Shown here in pieces: positions 1 to 14,200 of a stretch of DNA of 64,000 nucleotides. The notes below the pieces were generated by a model that was given only the letters and a program-made list of their open reading frames with translations, made no database searches and was not told the origin of the DNA. Positions within the stretch are counted from its first letter, which is position 1. Each line of letters opens with the position of its first letter. The position numbers were made by a program, and so were the translations under genes. Origin of the DNA: the human T2T-CHM13v2.0 reference genome, Homo sapiens; assembly GCF_009914755.1 (NCBI RefSeq), contig NC_060935.1; one strand, written 5' to 3'.

Positions 1-3000
1 CCTGAAGTCCAAGTGCAGGAGGGGACGCTGTGGGGCTTGGGAGGAAGGAGCCCCAGAGTGCCCCTCCCGCGGTGAGACTGTCCCTGGGGCCAAAGAGGAA
101 GTGTGGGCAATTCCAGTCTGAAAGGTCACGTTTCTGCCTGGTGGGGCCCCAGCCCCGAGACCCCAAGGTCCCCTAAGGAGGCTCATTCTGGAGGCCAGGC
201 CAGGAGGCCAGGGAAGAGGGAGTGGCTGGGGAAGAAGGCGGGGCTTGGTGGGGGGGGGGGTCACTAGATGTATGTGGTCCCCAGTGCCCAGCTCTGCCCA
301 AGCCTCGGAGGAGGGAAGGGTGCAGGCCTGGAGCTCAGAAACAGGCAGGCGACAGGTGGGCCCGGAAGCCACCACCTGACCCCAAGTCCAAGTCAGCCAC
401 AACCCTCTTCTGCAGCTTCCATTCCTGGGGGGCCTAAGGAAATGTCCTCTTCCAATGTCACATCAGATGCTGGGTCGCCTCGTGGGCCTCCTGCTGTCAC
501 CAGACAGGACAGGAAGGGCCTCCTGCTCTCCTCCAGGGGCCCTGTGTTTGCCACTGTAGCCATCCGCTGGCCACCCAGCAGGCACGACTTCCATTGTTGG
601 GGGTTGCCTGTGTCCCCAGGAACCAATTCTCCAAGTGCCCCTTGCCTGGGGGAGCGCCAGGTTTTGTTCAGCTGTTGGGCAGACCTAGTGACTAGGGTGG
701 GGGCCACTCTTCCTAGTCCAGAGTGAGCCAGGCCCACTCCCCAGCCTGTGAAGGCTCAAGGTGAGCAGGGCTGGCCCCCCAGCCCCTCCTCCTGCTGCTG
801 GTCCCTAGCCCATCCCAGGTGGGTGCCCTGCCCAGCCGCTCTTCTCAGTCATGACTTTGTGCCTCTTTGGGCCTTTTGGAAAGGAGGGAGGGAGGCACCA
901 AAAGGGAACACTTTGGACTTGGGTTGGGGTGGAGACCCGCTGTCCACCGAAAGAATGTGCTCTGAGCAGAGCCTCCTCTGCCATGTGGCGGGATGGGCCG
1001 GGGAGCCCACAGGGGCTGGGCTTCAGCTGCGTGAGTGGGTCTCCTCAGAGGTCTGCTGGGACTTGGGGGTGGGGTGGGGGTGATCCTGTGACCCAGAGAG
1101 GGGCTGAGGGTGGGGGAGGGGCAAGTGTGGGTGCCGGGTGCAGGCCCGTGGGCAGGGCCAACCACCAGCCTGGGAGAGCTGACAATCCCACTTGTGGTCC
1201 CACTAGGCTGGAGAGGGGACGCGGGAGAAGCTCGGCCCATGGAAGGCCCCCCTTTCTCTGCACCCCAGCCCCCGAGCTGGGCCTTTGCTTCTGCCTGGCC
1301 CTCTGCAGGGGGCTCCTCCTTCTTCCTCGGAGACCCAGCCCCTTTGTCCAAGAACGTTTCCCCAGCTGTCAGTCCTCAGGAGCAGCTGACCGCCCCCGTG
1401 CGTCTCTTTGGACCTGAAGTGCGCCCTGGCGGTGCTTCGCTTTGGCCTGGGTGGGTTCCCCTGAACTGAGCTGTGCTGGGCTGGGCAGGGCCGTGCTTCC
1501 GCCAAGGGGACACTGGCCCAGCTGACTTCCTTGACTACTCAAGCACCTCTGGACCCAGTTGGGCGGGGCACACACAGGGGCCAACTCTGCATCTCTAGAA
1601 TGAATTCGCTCATGGCTGGAAGGGGGCTTGAGAGACGCTGGAGCTGCTAAGGGCCGGGGAACGTTCTGGAGGGCCAGAGAGTAAGGGGGACAGAGAGCCA
1701 GAACCGTGGCAGCCAGGCAGAGGCCACTCCTGAGGCCCTCCTCTGGGCAAGGAGGTGGATGCCCAGGCAGGCAGGGATGGGTGCCCCTTCCAGGTCCTCT
1801 CCTGAGACCCCAGCACCCTCCTCCAGGCTAGCCCCAGACTCCCACCCCTGCCTGTGCCCAAAGCTGCAGAATGCCCAGGCCAGATGGACATGTGGGGCTC
1901 TCGGGGACTGCAGGTGGCCGTGATGGTGTCGTGCAGCTGCTGCACTCCTGAGACCACAGCTAAGACACCGCCCCGTGGTGGCAGCGCCTGGGGGCCGCCT
2001 TGCCTGCGGCAGGGTCCCACCCACACCCAGAGCCACTGCTTGACCCCCCTTCCTGTTAACCACAGGCACCTCCTGGTCCCCTCCTCATGGCTCCCACTTC
2101 CTCCTGCCCTGCTGAGTTTCCTGGGCCACCTAGGAGTTGCGGAGGGGACAGAGGCGAGGGCACAGGAAGGGAGTGAGCTCTGACTCTGGGCTGACCACCC
2201 CTCCCCAACCCCCACTGCATAGGCTGGAGCAGGCTCTTCCTTCCATTTCTCATGTGGGGCATGAAAGACCCCTTCCACCACTGGGAGACAAGAGGTCCCA
2301 TGTGGTGCCAGCCCAGAGCAGATGGGGAGGGACAGGTCAGGTTCTGCCTCTGCCTGGCCAGCCCTGTGTCCCTGAGGATGCTTGCCTCTGGACACCTGGG
2401 GAGGGGCCATGCTCTCTGACCCCACGCCAAGGCCAGCTGTTTGGCAGCATGGGGCCCAGGCCCAATGGGGGCCCCACCCAGAGCCAGTGCACATGGCCCC
2501 CCTGCCTCCGCCAGCTGCCTTCCCAGCAGTAATCCAGCCTCCAAAGTGCTCCTTACCCCCTGCCTCCCAGACGCTCGCCTTCAGGCTAGGATAAAGGGAT
2601 TCTTGTAAAGAAAGGTCACTGGCGCCTCCTCAGGCCACATAGAGCCATCAGCTGGGGCCACACTTAGCTGAACCTTGGCCAGGGGCAGACACTGCCTCAG
2701 CTCTGGGAAAGGCTGAAGCTCTGAGAAGGAATCCAGCTGAGTCCTGGACTCATTCCGCATCCTTCCTGTGCCCAATTCCTCCTCTGTCCTCCTGCAGAGG
2801 CCTGGGGACCGCAGAGCTGGGGAAAAGGGCCCAGCCATGACTCCAGTGGTTGTGTGGCCTCAGCTGGCCACCTTCATCTCTCAGGCCCTGTTTGTAAATC
2901 AGGACTTGCTCTGAGTCAGGGAGATGATGTCCCAGGCCCACAGGAGGCCCTGGGGAAGGCGCCTGCAGAGGTGAGTGTGAGCCCAGACCCAGCCCCCTCC

Positions 3001-3789
3001 ACGCCTATGTGGCTTCCTCACCCACAGCCCAGAGTGACAGGGCTGGGCCGCGCTGCATGGGGGCAGAGAGGAGGCTCTGGCCACTGGGGTGCTCCATCAA
3101 TTGGCAGGGGCCAGAAAAGCAGGAACTCCGCAGCCAGCCTTCAGCAGTAACATCCGGCACAGATGCTTCTGCCTAAACCAGATAGATTCTCGTTCAAGAC
3201 TGTGGAGGGGAAATGCTCTAAAATCACAAGGATAAAGGAACATAAGCCCAAATGCCTGGCTCTTCGCACATGGGATGGAGAGGTCAGTGGGTCCCAAGGA
3301 AGGACAGCAGCCATCAGTTAAAGGACAGCAGCCATCATGTCAACACCATACGTTTGCATTCCAGAAACTTGCTAAGGTCAATGCAAGTGACCATGAAGAT
3401 CCTGCTGTGAGGAAACCACGCAGGCCTCCTGAGTCACCCCAGGGAGACCACCACAGCAACAGATGCACTCCCTGAGAGCAGACAGCAGCATAAGAGACCA
3501 GGCTGCTGTGTCTGGGTGGACCGAATGCCTAGTGCTAATGTGGGCAGCCTGACCACCCCTGCAGGAGCAGCAGCCTCTTCAGAGAGCCGTGGCATGCACT
3601 TCAGCTGTGGCAGCTGGGCCCTGGGGGGCTTGGGACATGCGCTTTCCCAGGACATCTGCTGCACTGATGGACCTTAAAGCCCCCAGGTCCTCCTGGATGT
3701 TCTGTCCCATCTGATATGATTCTCGGAATGCTCGCAAGGTGCGGGGAGCAGGGGAGCAGGGGTCATCATCACATTTTAAAGATGCAGTG

Positions 3790-4085
3790 GGCCGGGTGTA
3801 CTGCACCTGGGATTACAAGCCTGTAATCCCAACACTTTGGGAGCCTGAGGCGGGTGGATCGCTTGAGCCTAGGAGATCGAGATCAGCCTGGGCAACATAG
3901 CGAGACCCTGTCTCTACAAACATAAAAACAGCCGGTTGTGGTGGCACATGCCTGTGGTCCCAGTTACTCAGGAGGCTGAGGTGGGAGGATTGCTTGAGCC
4001 TGGGAGGTCGAGGCTGCTATGAGCCATGGTCATGCCACTGCACTCAGCCTGGGTGACAAAGTGACACCCTCATCACACACAAACA
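3790..4085 (+). mobile_element. Alu (AluJ-type), rearranged 5' end
   Basis: GGCCGGGTG...CTGTAATCCC...GAGGCTGAGGTGGGAGGATTGCTTGAGCCTGGGAGGTCGAGGCTGC; J-like right arm; decayed tail. Confidence 0.9.
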
Positions 4086-4577
4086 CACTGGGACCCCAAG
4101 AGGGGAAACGGCCCATCTAAGGTCTCGTGGGCCAGGCTGCGCCTGGGATCCCCTCAAAGGAGCACAGCTGAAGCCCCAAATCCCCTTTGCACTTTGGAGA
4201 TAGCTGTGGAGCTGAGGGGGAGGGCAGGCCTCCCTCTGGGGAGACATTTATCAGAGGCAGCTGTGGAGTGGTTGAACCTCAAGAGGGGCACAGGAAGTGG
4301 CCTGCACTGCTGAGGACGCAGCATCGAGCCATGCCTGCGTGTTCTCCGGGCTGCCTCAGCCAAGTCCTGTGCCTGTGGGCCCGGCCAGGCCAGCCCGTCC
4401 CCGGCCCTGTCCACCTGTCCTCCTGATGGACACCAGGCCCACTGAAGGCTCAGAGCAGCTACTGGGTCAGCTGGCCTTGGTACCCCGACCCCACACCCCT
4501 GTAGTCGATCACTCCACCAGCCCTAAGAAGCCCTGGCACGGGGGCGGGCTGGGCGTGGTCCCTGAGGCAGGCCTGGC

Positions 4578-4620
4578 CCCACCACCTCCCAGCTAGACCC
4601 ACCACCTCCCAGCTAGACCC
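4578..4620. repeat. 20-bp tandem duplication (CCCACCACCTCCCAGCTAGA)x2
   Basis: Read directly from the sequence. Confidence 0.9.
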
Positions 4621-7600
4621 AGCCCACCTGTCCCAACTGAAAGGAGACTCCGATTTTCAGATGCTAGCTGCAGCCAGGTGGCAGCAGGGGTCAGCCGGGG
4701 AGGGAGGGGTAAGGGAGTGGGGGCCGTCACTTGGAGGCAGTGCAGCTGGAGGCAGGGGCCTGCTGGGATTGTGGACGCAATCTCAAACCCGCCACGCTGA
4801 GCCTCAGCATTCACACTGGAAATAAGACATGAACCTGGGCCCCCAGTGGAGCCTGGACACTCACTTCCAGAAAAGACGCTCGCCTGCCGTGCTGTGGGGC
4901 TGGCCTCTGTCCTGAATGCCCTCAGGCACACCTGGGGCCTCTTCTGGGTGGTGCCAGTGCCCCCTTGCCTGGCCCTCCTGGTGAGGCTCCTGGGCTTGGT
5001 GTGCCACCCCCAGTGGACGGCCCTGCAGGCCGCTGCCTACCCAGGTCGGGGACCAAGGGAGAAGCAGCTGGGCTGTGGCCGCCTAGGGACACGCGGCTGA
5101 GAAGCTGAGCACGTGGCTGTGTCTCCTCATCTGGCCCCAGCCTGCTCATCCTCCTAATTCCAGGGCAGCCTGGAGCCAGGCGTGTGGGCAAAAACTCCAA
5201 CAAGAAGACCAGAGCAAAACAAAGAGGACGCGGCTGCTGTGGGCCAAGACTGAGGTCCGTCTCCGCCCTCCAGGGGCACCTGAGCTCCAAGGGCAGGGAC
5301 CGGGTGATGGGTCTTCGCTGACACCGAGTGGGGATCCTGGGGTGCGAGCAGGCCCACACTCTCCCCCAAAACCCTCCAGCCTCAGTCTCCCCCACTGCCC
5401 ACCCACACACCACCACAGCTGTTCCCGTTCAGGGGACCCTGGGGTGACCATGAGGCAGTGGGCCTGAGAGCCAGGGAGGTGGAAGCTTCCAGCCCTGGAG
5501 GAGCAGGTGGCCACCGGCCAGCTGAGTGAGCGGAGACCAGGAGGCTGTGCGGGACGGGTGGCCCCAGGGGCTGGGGCCGTGGCCAAGCCTGCTGGGGTCT
5601 GCCAGGGGCATCAGCTCTGAAGGTGCTGGCTGTGCTGTTGCCAGTGCTCTGTGGGGCCACGAGCAACCTGCCAGGATGATGGGGGAAGGAAGAGCCACCA
5701 GGCTGGGGCAGAGGTGGAGACAGACCCCAGTGATGGAGTTGAGCCCATTCTGGGAAAGGCAGGGAGGAGTGGCCTCCAGTGAGCTGGGGAAAGCCAGTGA
5801 GCAGGGGGCTTTAATCACCAGCCCAGGCACCCAGCCCTGCCCGCAGGAGTTTGGGGGCAGGATGGGGGTGGCAGGCCTTCCCCTGGCCTCTGGACAAGCC
5901 CCCGCCCCAGGGAGGCCTTGCTGCCTTGCTCTATGGGGAGGAGTCACTTCCAGAGGGCATCCAGCCTCCCCTCCTCTCTCTCTGTCTCTCGGCTTCCCTC
6001 TCTGGGCTCCTGGACCCTGGGTCCAAGTGCTGCTTCCCCCGGCCTCTCTTCCTTCAGGCAGCCAGCCTTCCCTGCTGGAGTCCCCGAGGCCCAGCCACGC
6101 GCCCTGAAGGAGCACAAGCTCCTAGGGTGCGTTTACTCGCAGAGGCTGAAGCTGGTGGTGGGGTGGGGCGCTCACAGCCTGGCCTGTGGTTGGCCAAGGA
6201 CACCAACAGGAGCTCTTCCCTGCAGCTCCTGGCAGGCCTGCAGAGGTGCCCCCCCTGCTCTGAGAAGCCAGCCTCACAAGATCATTCATCGCAAGCTCTG
6301 GGCCCACTGCTCGGCTGTGCAGCCTGGGAGGGGGGTGTGCAGTGGTCTGCCAAGCAGCACCTCTGCCAAGGAGCTCCCTCTGCAGAGGAGAACCCGGCCA
6401 AGGTCCCCCAAATTGCAGCCACCATCTCGGGCTGTATTAACAGAGGTTGAGTCCTCAGAAGGAGGGAGGGGATAATTGCAGTGGAGTCTCCCTGGCCAGG
6501 CTGCTGAGTTCAGCTCTGGAAGGGGCAGCCCACAGCAATGCTCTCTGTGAAGGGCCAGCATGGTGCCACCCAGGAGTGACACACACAGCCAAGCTCTCCC
6601 CTGTATCCCTCAGGTGCTGGACAGGCAGGGTAGGGCTCACAGCCAAGCTAGGACACCCTTCCCAGGGCCAAGGCAGCCCAGGAAAAGCCAGCACAGCGTG
6701 TCCTCCTGAGAGGCCTGTGTGGACACTCAGGGGTCCCAGTCTGAGGGGGAACACAAGGCCTTGACCTGGTAGCCCACTTTCAACACTCCGTGAGCACGCA
6801 GGGCCTCCCCCAGCAGAGAGGGGCACCGAGGGAAGCCAGGACCCCAGGCAGTGCCCTCTGTCCACCCAAGTACATGCTGCCCCACCAGTGGACAGGCATC
6901 GTCGTCCCGGCTCCCCTCTGTCCCCCAGCTCACATTACCCAGGACTGGCTGTAGGAGCCTTGTTTCCAAGACCAGAGAGGTCATAAGGTCACCTGCTGCC
7001 CACACGTCCCATCCTAGTCCTCCTTGGGGTATGTGGGTACCTGGGGCGGCCCCTCATGTCCAGGAGCTGAGGCTGCCCCTGGGTGTATCAAGGTGAGGTG
7101 CCTACCCCACCCCTACCCGCCCATGCAGAGCTGCAGCTGGTGCTCTGGTCAGCCCATGGGTGTGACAGCCCAGGGGGCCCTGGGGCCAGGTGACCACCTC
7201 AGAGCCACTCCTTCCCCGATGCCATCTGTCAAGGGTCAGGGGTCACACACTGCAGAGAAGAAGACACAAAGCCTGGCAGGTAGGACCCTGGGGGCACCAA
7301 CTTGGGTGGGGGTCAGCCCAATGCCTTGTACGAAGAGGCCCCCAAAACAGGAGTAAAAACCACCTAACAACAGAAACAACAACGTCAACCCATAAAGCCT
7401 CATTCCAGGCAGTTTCGAGTGCTCTGATGCTGATAGCCACCCAGGCTTCCCCCCGCCCAGCAGACAGTATCGTCATCATGTGTGATGCAGGGAGGGCACA
7501 GGAGATGCCACCGAGTCGTGATTGCTCCTGGACAATGCACAGCGTCCTTTGACCAAGCGCCTCCTGCTCACCCGGGAACACACCCTCGGGTCCAGCATCC

Positions 7601-7640
7601 TCCCTGTGACTCTGCATAGTGGGAAGGACGTGGATTCTAG

Positions 7641-8501
<861 letters not shown>

Positions 8502-9258
8502 TGAGGCCAAGAGAAGAAGCTGACTCGCCCAGGGCCACACGGCAGGTTGGTGCAGGAGGTGCTGGGCCCTGGTGCCACCCCAAAGTCCACGGGGCTGCCC
8601 ACAGCTGGGGGAGTGCAATGCCCAGATGGTCCAAGAGAACACTTTCTGGGCTGCTGGTCTGTACAACTGGGAAGCCCCTACCTCTCCACCACAACCCCTC
8701 CATGCCCTGCTGCCACAAGGGCCCAGGATCCCTCCCCACTCGCTGCTCCGTGTCCCAGGAGGTCAGATTTCACCCGGATGCTTAGCTCCCCTCCCTTTTT
8801 ACAGATGAGGAAACTGAGAATGAAACAGGAAAATGAAATGAATGACTCCATCCTACAGGTCTGAGAGTCACCGTCTCGCGGGTGGAGAGCCTGGGTGGTG
8901 CGTTTATCAACAGGACCGCTGGTTTCATGTCTCTGTCTCTCCTCATAGACCCACTCAGGTGGAGACCTGTCCCTCTGTCTCCGTGTCCGCGGGGCCTGGC
9001 AGGAAGTCGTGTGCAGGGGTGGAGGCTGGAAGACCAGCAGGTCTCCCTTCACCTGGGGATCCCCGAGCCCCATGCAGCCTTGCGGGTAGAAGGGCAGTGA
9101 CTGCCCACTCCTTGCACACAAGGAAACAGTGAGACCAGAGGAAAAGGACAAAACCAGTCACCCAGGACAGCGGACGGCACACGGGGTGGGGGTGTGTGAG
9201 CAGAGACCCTTGGGACCCAGCATCTGGGTCTGGACGGTCCTGGAGCCTGCAGAGCAGG

Positions 9259-9551
9259 GCAGAGGAGGCAGGTGCAGAGGGGGGCAGAGGAGGCAGGTGC
9301 GGGGGGGCGCAGAGGAGGCAGGTGCGGAGCGGGGCAGAGGAGGCAGGTGCAGAGGGGGGCAGAGGAGGCAGGTGCAGAGCCGGGCAGAGGAGGCAGGTGC
9401 AGAGGGGGGCAGAGGAGGCAGGTGCAGAGCCGGGCAGAGGAGGCAGGTGCAGAGCCGGGCAGAGGAGGCAGGTGCAGAGGGGGGCAGAGGAGGCAGGTGC
9501 GGGGGGGGCAGAGGAGGCAGGTGCGGAGCGGGGCAGAGGAGGCAGGTACAG
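9259..9551. repeat. G-rich minisatellite/VNTR, 25-bp unit, ~12 copies
   Basis: GCAGAGGAGGCAGGT recurs at 9259, 9284, 9309, 9334, 9359, 9384, 9409, 9434, 9459, 9484, 9508 and 9533. Confidence 0.97.
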
Positions 9552-9619
9552 CCCAGTGCGTGGACCAGCGACCGGCTCCAGGGGCCCATGGGGGGCTGCA
9601 CTGTGGGCGAAAACGCACG

Positions 9620-9965
9620 GACGCGACACACCCAAGAGAAACAAGCACACGCCCCCAGGTGGTCCGCGCACGCACGCTCCCAGCAGCATGGCTCAGGGCC
9701 ATCAGAGAGCGGACACAGCCAGACATCCACATGGGTGAACGGATAAACATGGATCACATCTGTGCAACGGATGGAAGAACATTCGGCCTTCAGGAGGCAG
9801 GAAGCACGGCACTCACACATGCGACGACACAGATGAGCCGCAGAGATGCACCAAGTCAAAGAAGCCAGATACCAAAGGCCACATCTTGTCCGCTTCCACG
9901 CCCACGCAGTGTCCAGGACGGGCAGGTCTGGACACGGAACGCAGACTGGTGCTTGCCAGGGCCCG
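9620..9965 (+). mobile_element. Highly diverged L1M 3' fragment
   Basis: GGGTGAACGGATAAAC, GAAGCCAGATACCAAAGGCCACA and CAGACTGGTGCTTGCCAGGGGC occur in the order of the old L1M 3' consensus. Confidence 0.6.
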
Positions 9966-11130
9966 GCCCGGTTCTGTCCCGGTTTCCTGGGGCTCTTTGG
10001 GGAAAGAGCATGGGCTTTGGAGTCCACTATGACTGGAGGCTGACCAGATGATCCTGGAGCCCTGGGCCCTTGGTTTGCTTTACTGCAGCCCAGGGGGATC
10101 CTCCTAGCTCCTGGCCGTGGTCATAGCTGAGCAGGGCCCGAGGAAGGCACCCGGGCTGCAGTGCACAGCAGATGCTGTGGAATCGACAGCTCTTGGGATC
10201 ATCCTGTGTGGTGGGAGCTATGGGGTGGACACTGGGTTTGGGTAGCAGGACAGAGGGTCGATGGCCTCAAGTCACACTGAGTCAGGCCTGGCGGGGGCCA
10301 GCTGCTCCAGCACCCACTGAGCCCGGCAAACCTCGATGGCTCCTCCCATCCTCAGGGGGTCCCACAGCCCTGAGACCAAACACGGGTTTATTGTTTGTGA
10401 GGTGGTTCAAGCAGGCTGCATCAGGACAGAAACACACAAAAAACCCAACGCAGGTGGAAGTGACAGGCAGGTGGGGACAGAACATGCCCCCTCCTCTGCA
10501 GCTCACACTCTGGGGGATACAATGAAACCGCTGACAATGAGAGCCCCAGGGAAGTGGGGTGCCATGGTGCCAAGGAGCAGTGTGAGGTGCCCTCGACATG
10601 GTAAAGCCCCATGACGGGGAGCTGGAGTGTGCAGAAACGCTGGCAGCGGTGGACTATGGGTGACCGATGCTGTTTCTTTAAAAAACAAAGTGGAATTTCC
10701 ATAACTCTTCACATTCCCATCAATGCATTGATCATGATCACAGCCAGCAGCAAACCCGCCAGGCTCCGTGGCCGGGACCAGCTGACCTCTGCAGGGGAGT
10801 GCGGGCTGGGCCTGGCCTGACCCCGTTCCACCGACACTGAGACGGCAGACACCGGCCCCAAATTCCACCACCTGTGACTGGCTGAGCAGCCACACACGTG
10901 GGTGGTCTGACTTTGGGGACACCCCATGTTATGCTGCCTCTTGGGGAACATTTTTATAATGGGAAAAACATGTCCCCCTTACAAATCCTGCAAGTCCGGG
11001 GTCTGCTGGAGCCAACCCCCAGTCCCCCAAGGCGTCCCCACGCTCAGGCAGCCACCCTGGCGGGAGGTCAGGCCTGGGGCCAGGGCAGCTCATTCCCCAG
11101 GACCTGCAAGAGCCACCCCCCGGCACCCGG

Positions 11131-11264
11131 ATCCTCCAGGATGGTCTCATACCAAGATCTTCAGTAACATCTGTACAGACCCGGATTCCAAGCAAGGCCA
11201 CATCCACAAGTACCTGGGGTTAGGACCTGGACACATTTTTGGGGGACGCTGTTCAGCCCATTAC
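11131..11264 (-). mobile_element. MLT1 (MaLR) LTR fragment
   Basis: CCAGGATGGTCTCAT...ACATCTG...GGGGTTAGGACCTGGACACATTTTTGGGGGAC...CAGCCCATTACA. Confidence 0.7.
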
Positions 11265-14200
11265 AGGCAGCTTCTGTAGCATCTAGCCCAGCGGAGGCCT
11301 TTGGGGGGCAGCCTGGCTCTTTGCGACTCCCCACGGAAGGGGCACTGCGCTCCCCTCAGCCACAGGAGCCCATCCCTCCCGCTCTGCCTGGCCCTCACGC
11401 TCTCTGCGTGCACCTGGGCTGGCCCTGTGCCCGCCTGGATTTGACGAAGCCCATCAACTTGCCCCACTGCCTCCCATCGCCTGTGGCAGAGCCACCTTTT
11501 CAACCCCGTCAGCCCCTTGATGAACCTCCCCCAGGGCTCCAGCCTCCGGATGAAGCCTGGGGCCCTGCCCCTCCCTCCACCACCAGCTGTGCCACCTCAG
11601 CAGGGCCCACAATTCTGTCACACTGGCAGCCCCTGCAACCAGTCCCACAGGCCAGGCCACTTCACGAGCCCCATTCCCTTGGTCACATCCCCTCCTCCCG
11701 GGCCAGCACTGTCTCCCACTGCCCCACAGCCTCCACTGAACCTTCTGGAAGCCACCCCTGCCCAGCGAGTTGGCACTCACTTGCCTGCTGTCCTGGCCAT
11801 GATGTTCTTGGGGTGGGGGTTTGGCCTCTTGAGGGCTGGGAGACATCGGACCCGGCTGCAGTCCCAGTGCCGGCTGAGACCCACACACAAGAGCAGGGGT
11901 CTGCGCTGGGGGCTGCTTCCTGGAGGACATTCACAGACTCGCACCCTCAGACCCCAGACCAGCAGGGCCAGCGAGGCATTTACAGCCCCTGTGCAGTTTA
12001 CAGATGAGAAGAGGGAGGCCCTGGTGGGAAGTGGGGCCTGGCCGAACAAGACCGGACCAGAACCCCGGCCTGTCGCCCTCAGTGGTTGGCAATGGGCACC
12101 TGGTAGCCCAGCCTGCGTTCACTTAACTTTGTTACCTGGAGGAAAGTCAGAACTCCACGACACTCCTAGATGACTCTGGGTGGGCTGAGGGTTACAGGGA
12201 CACTGGTACATCCTCCCGGGGTCACAATCGGCAAATGTGCTCTGAACACCACCCTCAGCTGCCGTTCCACTTGCGGATGGGAGGATTCACCTGGGGGCCC
12301 CTCCGCCCTGCCGGGAGCAAGCCAGACCCAGGGGCCTTGGCCCCAGGAGCCCACAGAAGCCGAGTGTCATTTCTATTCCAGGCCCTTCCATCTCACCAGA
12401 TGCTAGGGGTACAAAAGAAAAATAAGCCAGGGTCCCGCGGCCCCGTCGGAGCTCTCAGACCAGGGCGGGCAGACCAGCGAGACAGACACACTGCCCCTAT
12501 GAGCTGCGCCCCCACCCCCAAACCCACCTCTGGGGAAGTCTGTTCTTTCCTGCGGGAAACCCCCAGGGCGTGTGGGACTCTTTGAGGAGACAGAGCTCAC
12601 TCCGGGGGAGGTGAGGGCAGACGAGGAGGGGAACTCACGGGAAGGTAGGAAAGGGGTCTCGTTTGTGGATTCCTCTACAGGATTTGGGGGTACCTCTGAG
12701 AGTGGGGGACGGAGAGAATGCAGGTGGAGATTCTGGCCTGAGGAGAGGCTGGGTGGGACGTGGTGGTCAGAAGCCCCCTGCCTGTGGGCACGGCTGTTGG
12801 ACCCTGTCACGGCATGGCTGGGACGAGGCACCCGGTGTCTTTCTGGCACCCGGTTTCCATCGCACCCGGTTTCGGGCACTCCGTCGCTTGCCTTCTGCAG
12901 AGCTGCTAAGCCGCTGGGCACACAGCTGTGCCTGAGTGCAGGGGGAGAGGCCAGCTCCAGGCTGCAGGCTTCTCTCTGGGGAGGGGGACAATCCTGGGGC
13001 CCCTCTGGGGTTTGGGAGATGACTGAGTTGGCCTTTGTACAGCCTGTCCCGAAGCGGCCTGGCACAGGGCAGCAGACTGCAGGGTCCCTGGCAGCCAGAT
13101 CCCCTTCGCCGTGGCTGGAGCTGGCGTTTCTATTTATGATTCGCCTCTCACGCCCCTTCCCAGCACACCCAGCTCTGGTCTTCACGAGGGGCTGGGATTT
13201 TAGAGGTGGCTCAGCTGAGGGCACGGGGGCCTTGGCAGCTGTCACGACCCTCCTGAGCTAAACGCACAGCCCGCACCTTGTTAGCTCTGGGTGGGCCGAG
13301 GCCCCAGCTCTGTCCTGGGATCCTTCCCAGTCACCCTCACGTCCTGGGCTTCACTTTTCCCCAAGGCAGAACCACAGCCGTGTGACTCACCCCGTCTCAA
13401 GAGGACCGGGCGGGTGGGAGGGCTGCAAGGCCTCTGTGAGGCCTGAGTGCTGGACTTGGGACTCCTGCTCCAGAGTCAGGGGCTAGGGCTGGGCCGGGCC
13501 CACCCAGGAGGATGCTGGCAGAGGCCCTGGGAGGAGGGGGAGTGGGCGCCAGCTCCAGGACTGGATGTGTCTGACAGTCTGTGTCCCACAGGGCTTGCCA
13601 TGGGCCTGGGCACGGCTCCTGCCTCTGCTGGCCGACCTGGCTTGACCTCAAGCGGCCTGGGTCGGGACAGCCGCAGCCGAGGCCAGCCCATGGTGACAAG
13701 GCCTGCTTCCAGCCTCTCCCTCGTGCCCCAGGCTGTGGGTCAGCCCAGTCAGCCCTGCTATGGGCACATAGCCCCGTGCAGGCCCAGCTGGGACGGAGCA
13801 ACGCAGGCAGAGCTGCACTGACCTCTCCGGAGTGCCGTTTGTGAACTCGAATCGAGGCGCCAAGTGCTCACGTGTCCTTTAAGCCAGGGATGGACTTCCA
13901 GAAATTTACCCTTGGGACCAAAACCCCCTGTAATCAATATCTGCTGGAAGAGAGGCGGACGGCTGGCAGAGGCATTTATGGGAGTGAGCGTGTCCAGGGA
14001 CGCGCGGGTGCGTCGGGGCAGGGAAGGCCGGGCGTGGCCCTAGACAGGGCACAGGGGCATGAAAGGCGCTGGGGAGGAACAGGACCAGCCTCGGCAAGTG
14101 GGAGTTGATGCGAGTGACCCGGGCCCTTCTGTCTCGTCTGGGTCTCCACCACCAAGAGCCTGTTCTTGCGACTGAACGCCCACCATGGCCCTGGCCTCAC

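Noticed and set aside
3301-3337. Short tandem duplications (21 bp here; also 4578, 24863, 27879, 48154) as a shared system
   Set aside because: The sequences are unrelated to each other and are consistent with ordinary slippage or repair duplications.
8955-10051. Repetitive ORFs on both strands, and a CRISPR-like look (constant core plus variable linker)
   Set aside because: This is a 25-bp minisatellite. The linkers are only ~8 bp and reused, there are no cas genes, and the context is eukaryotic.
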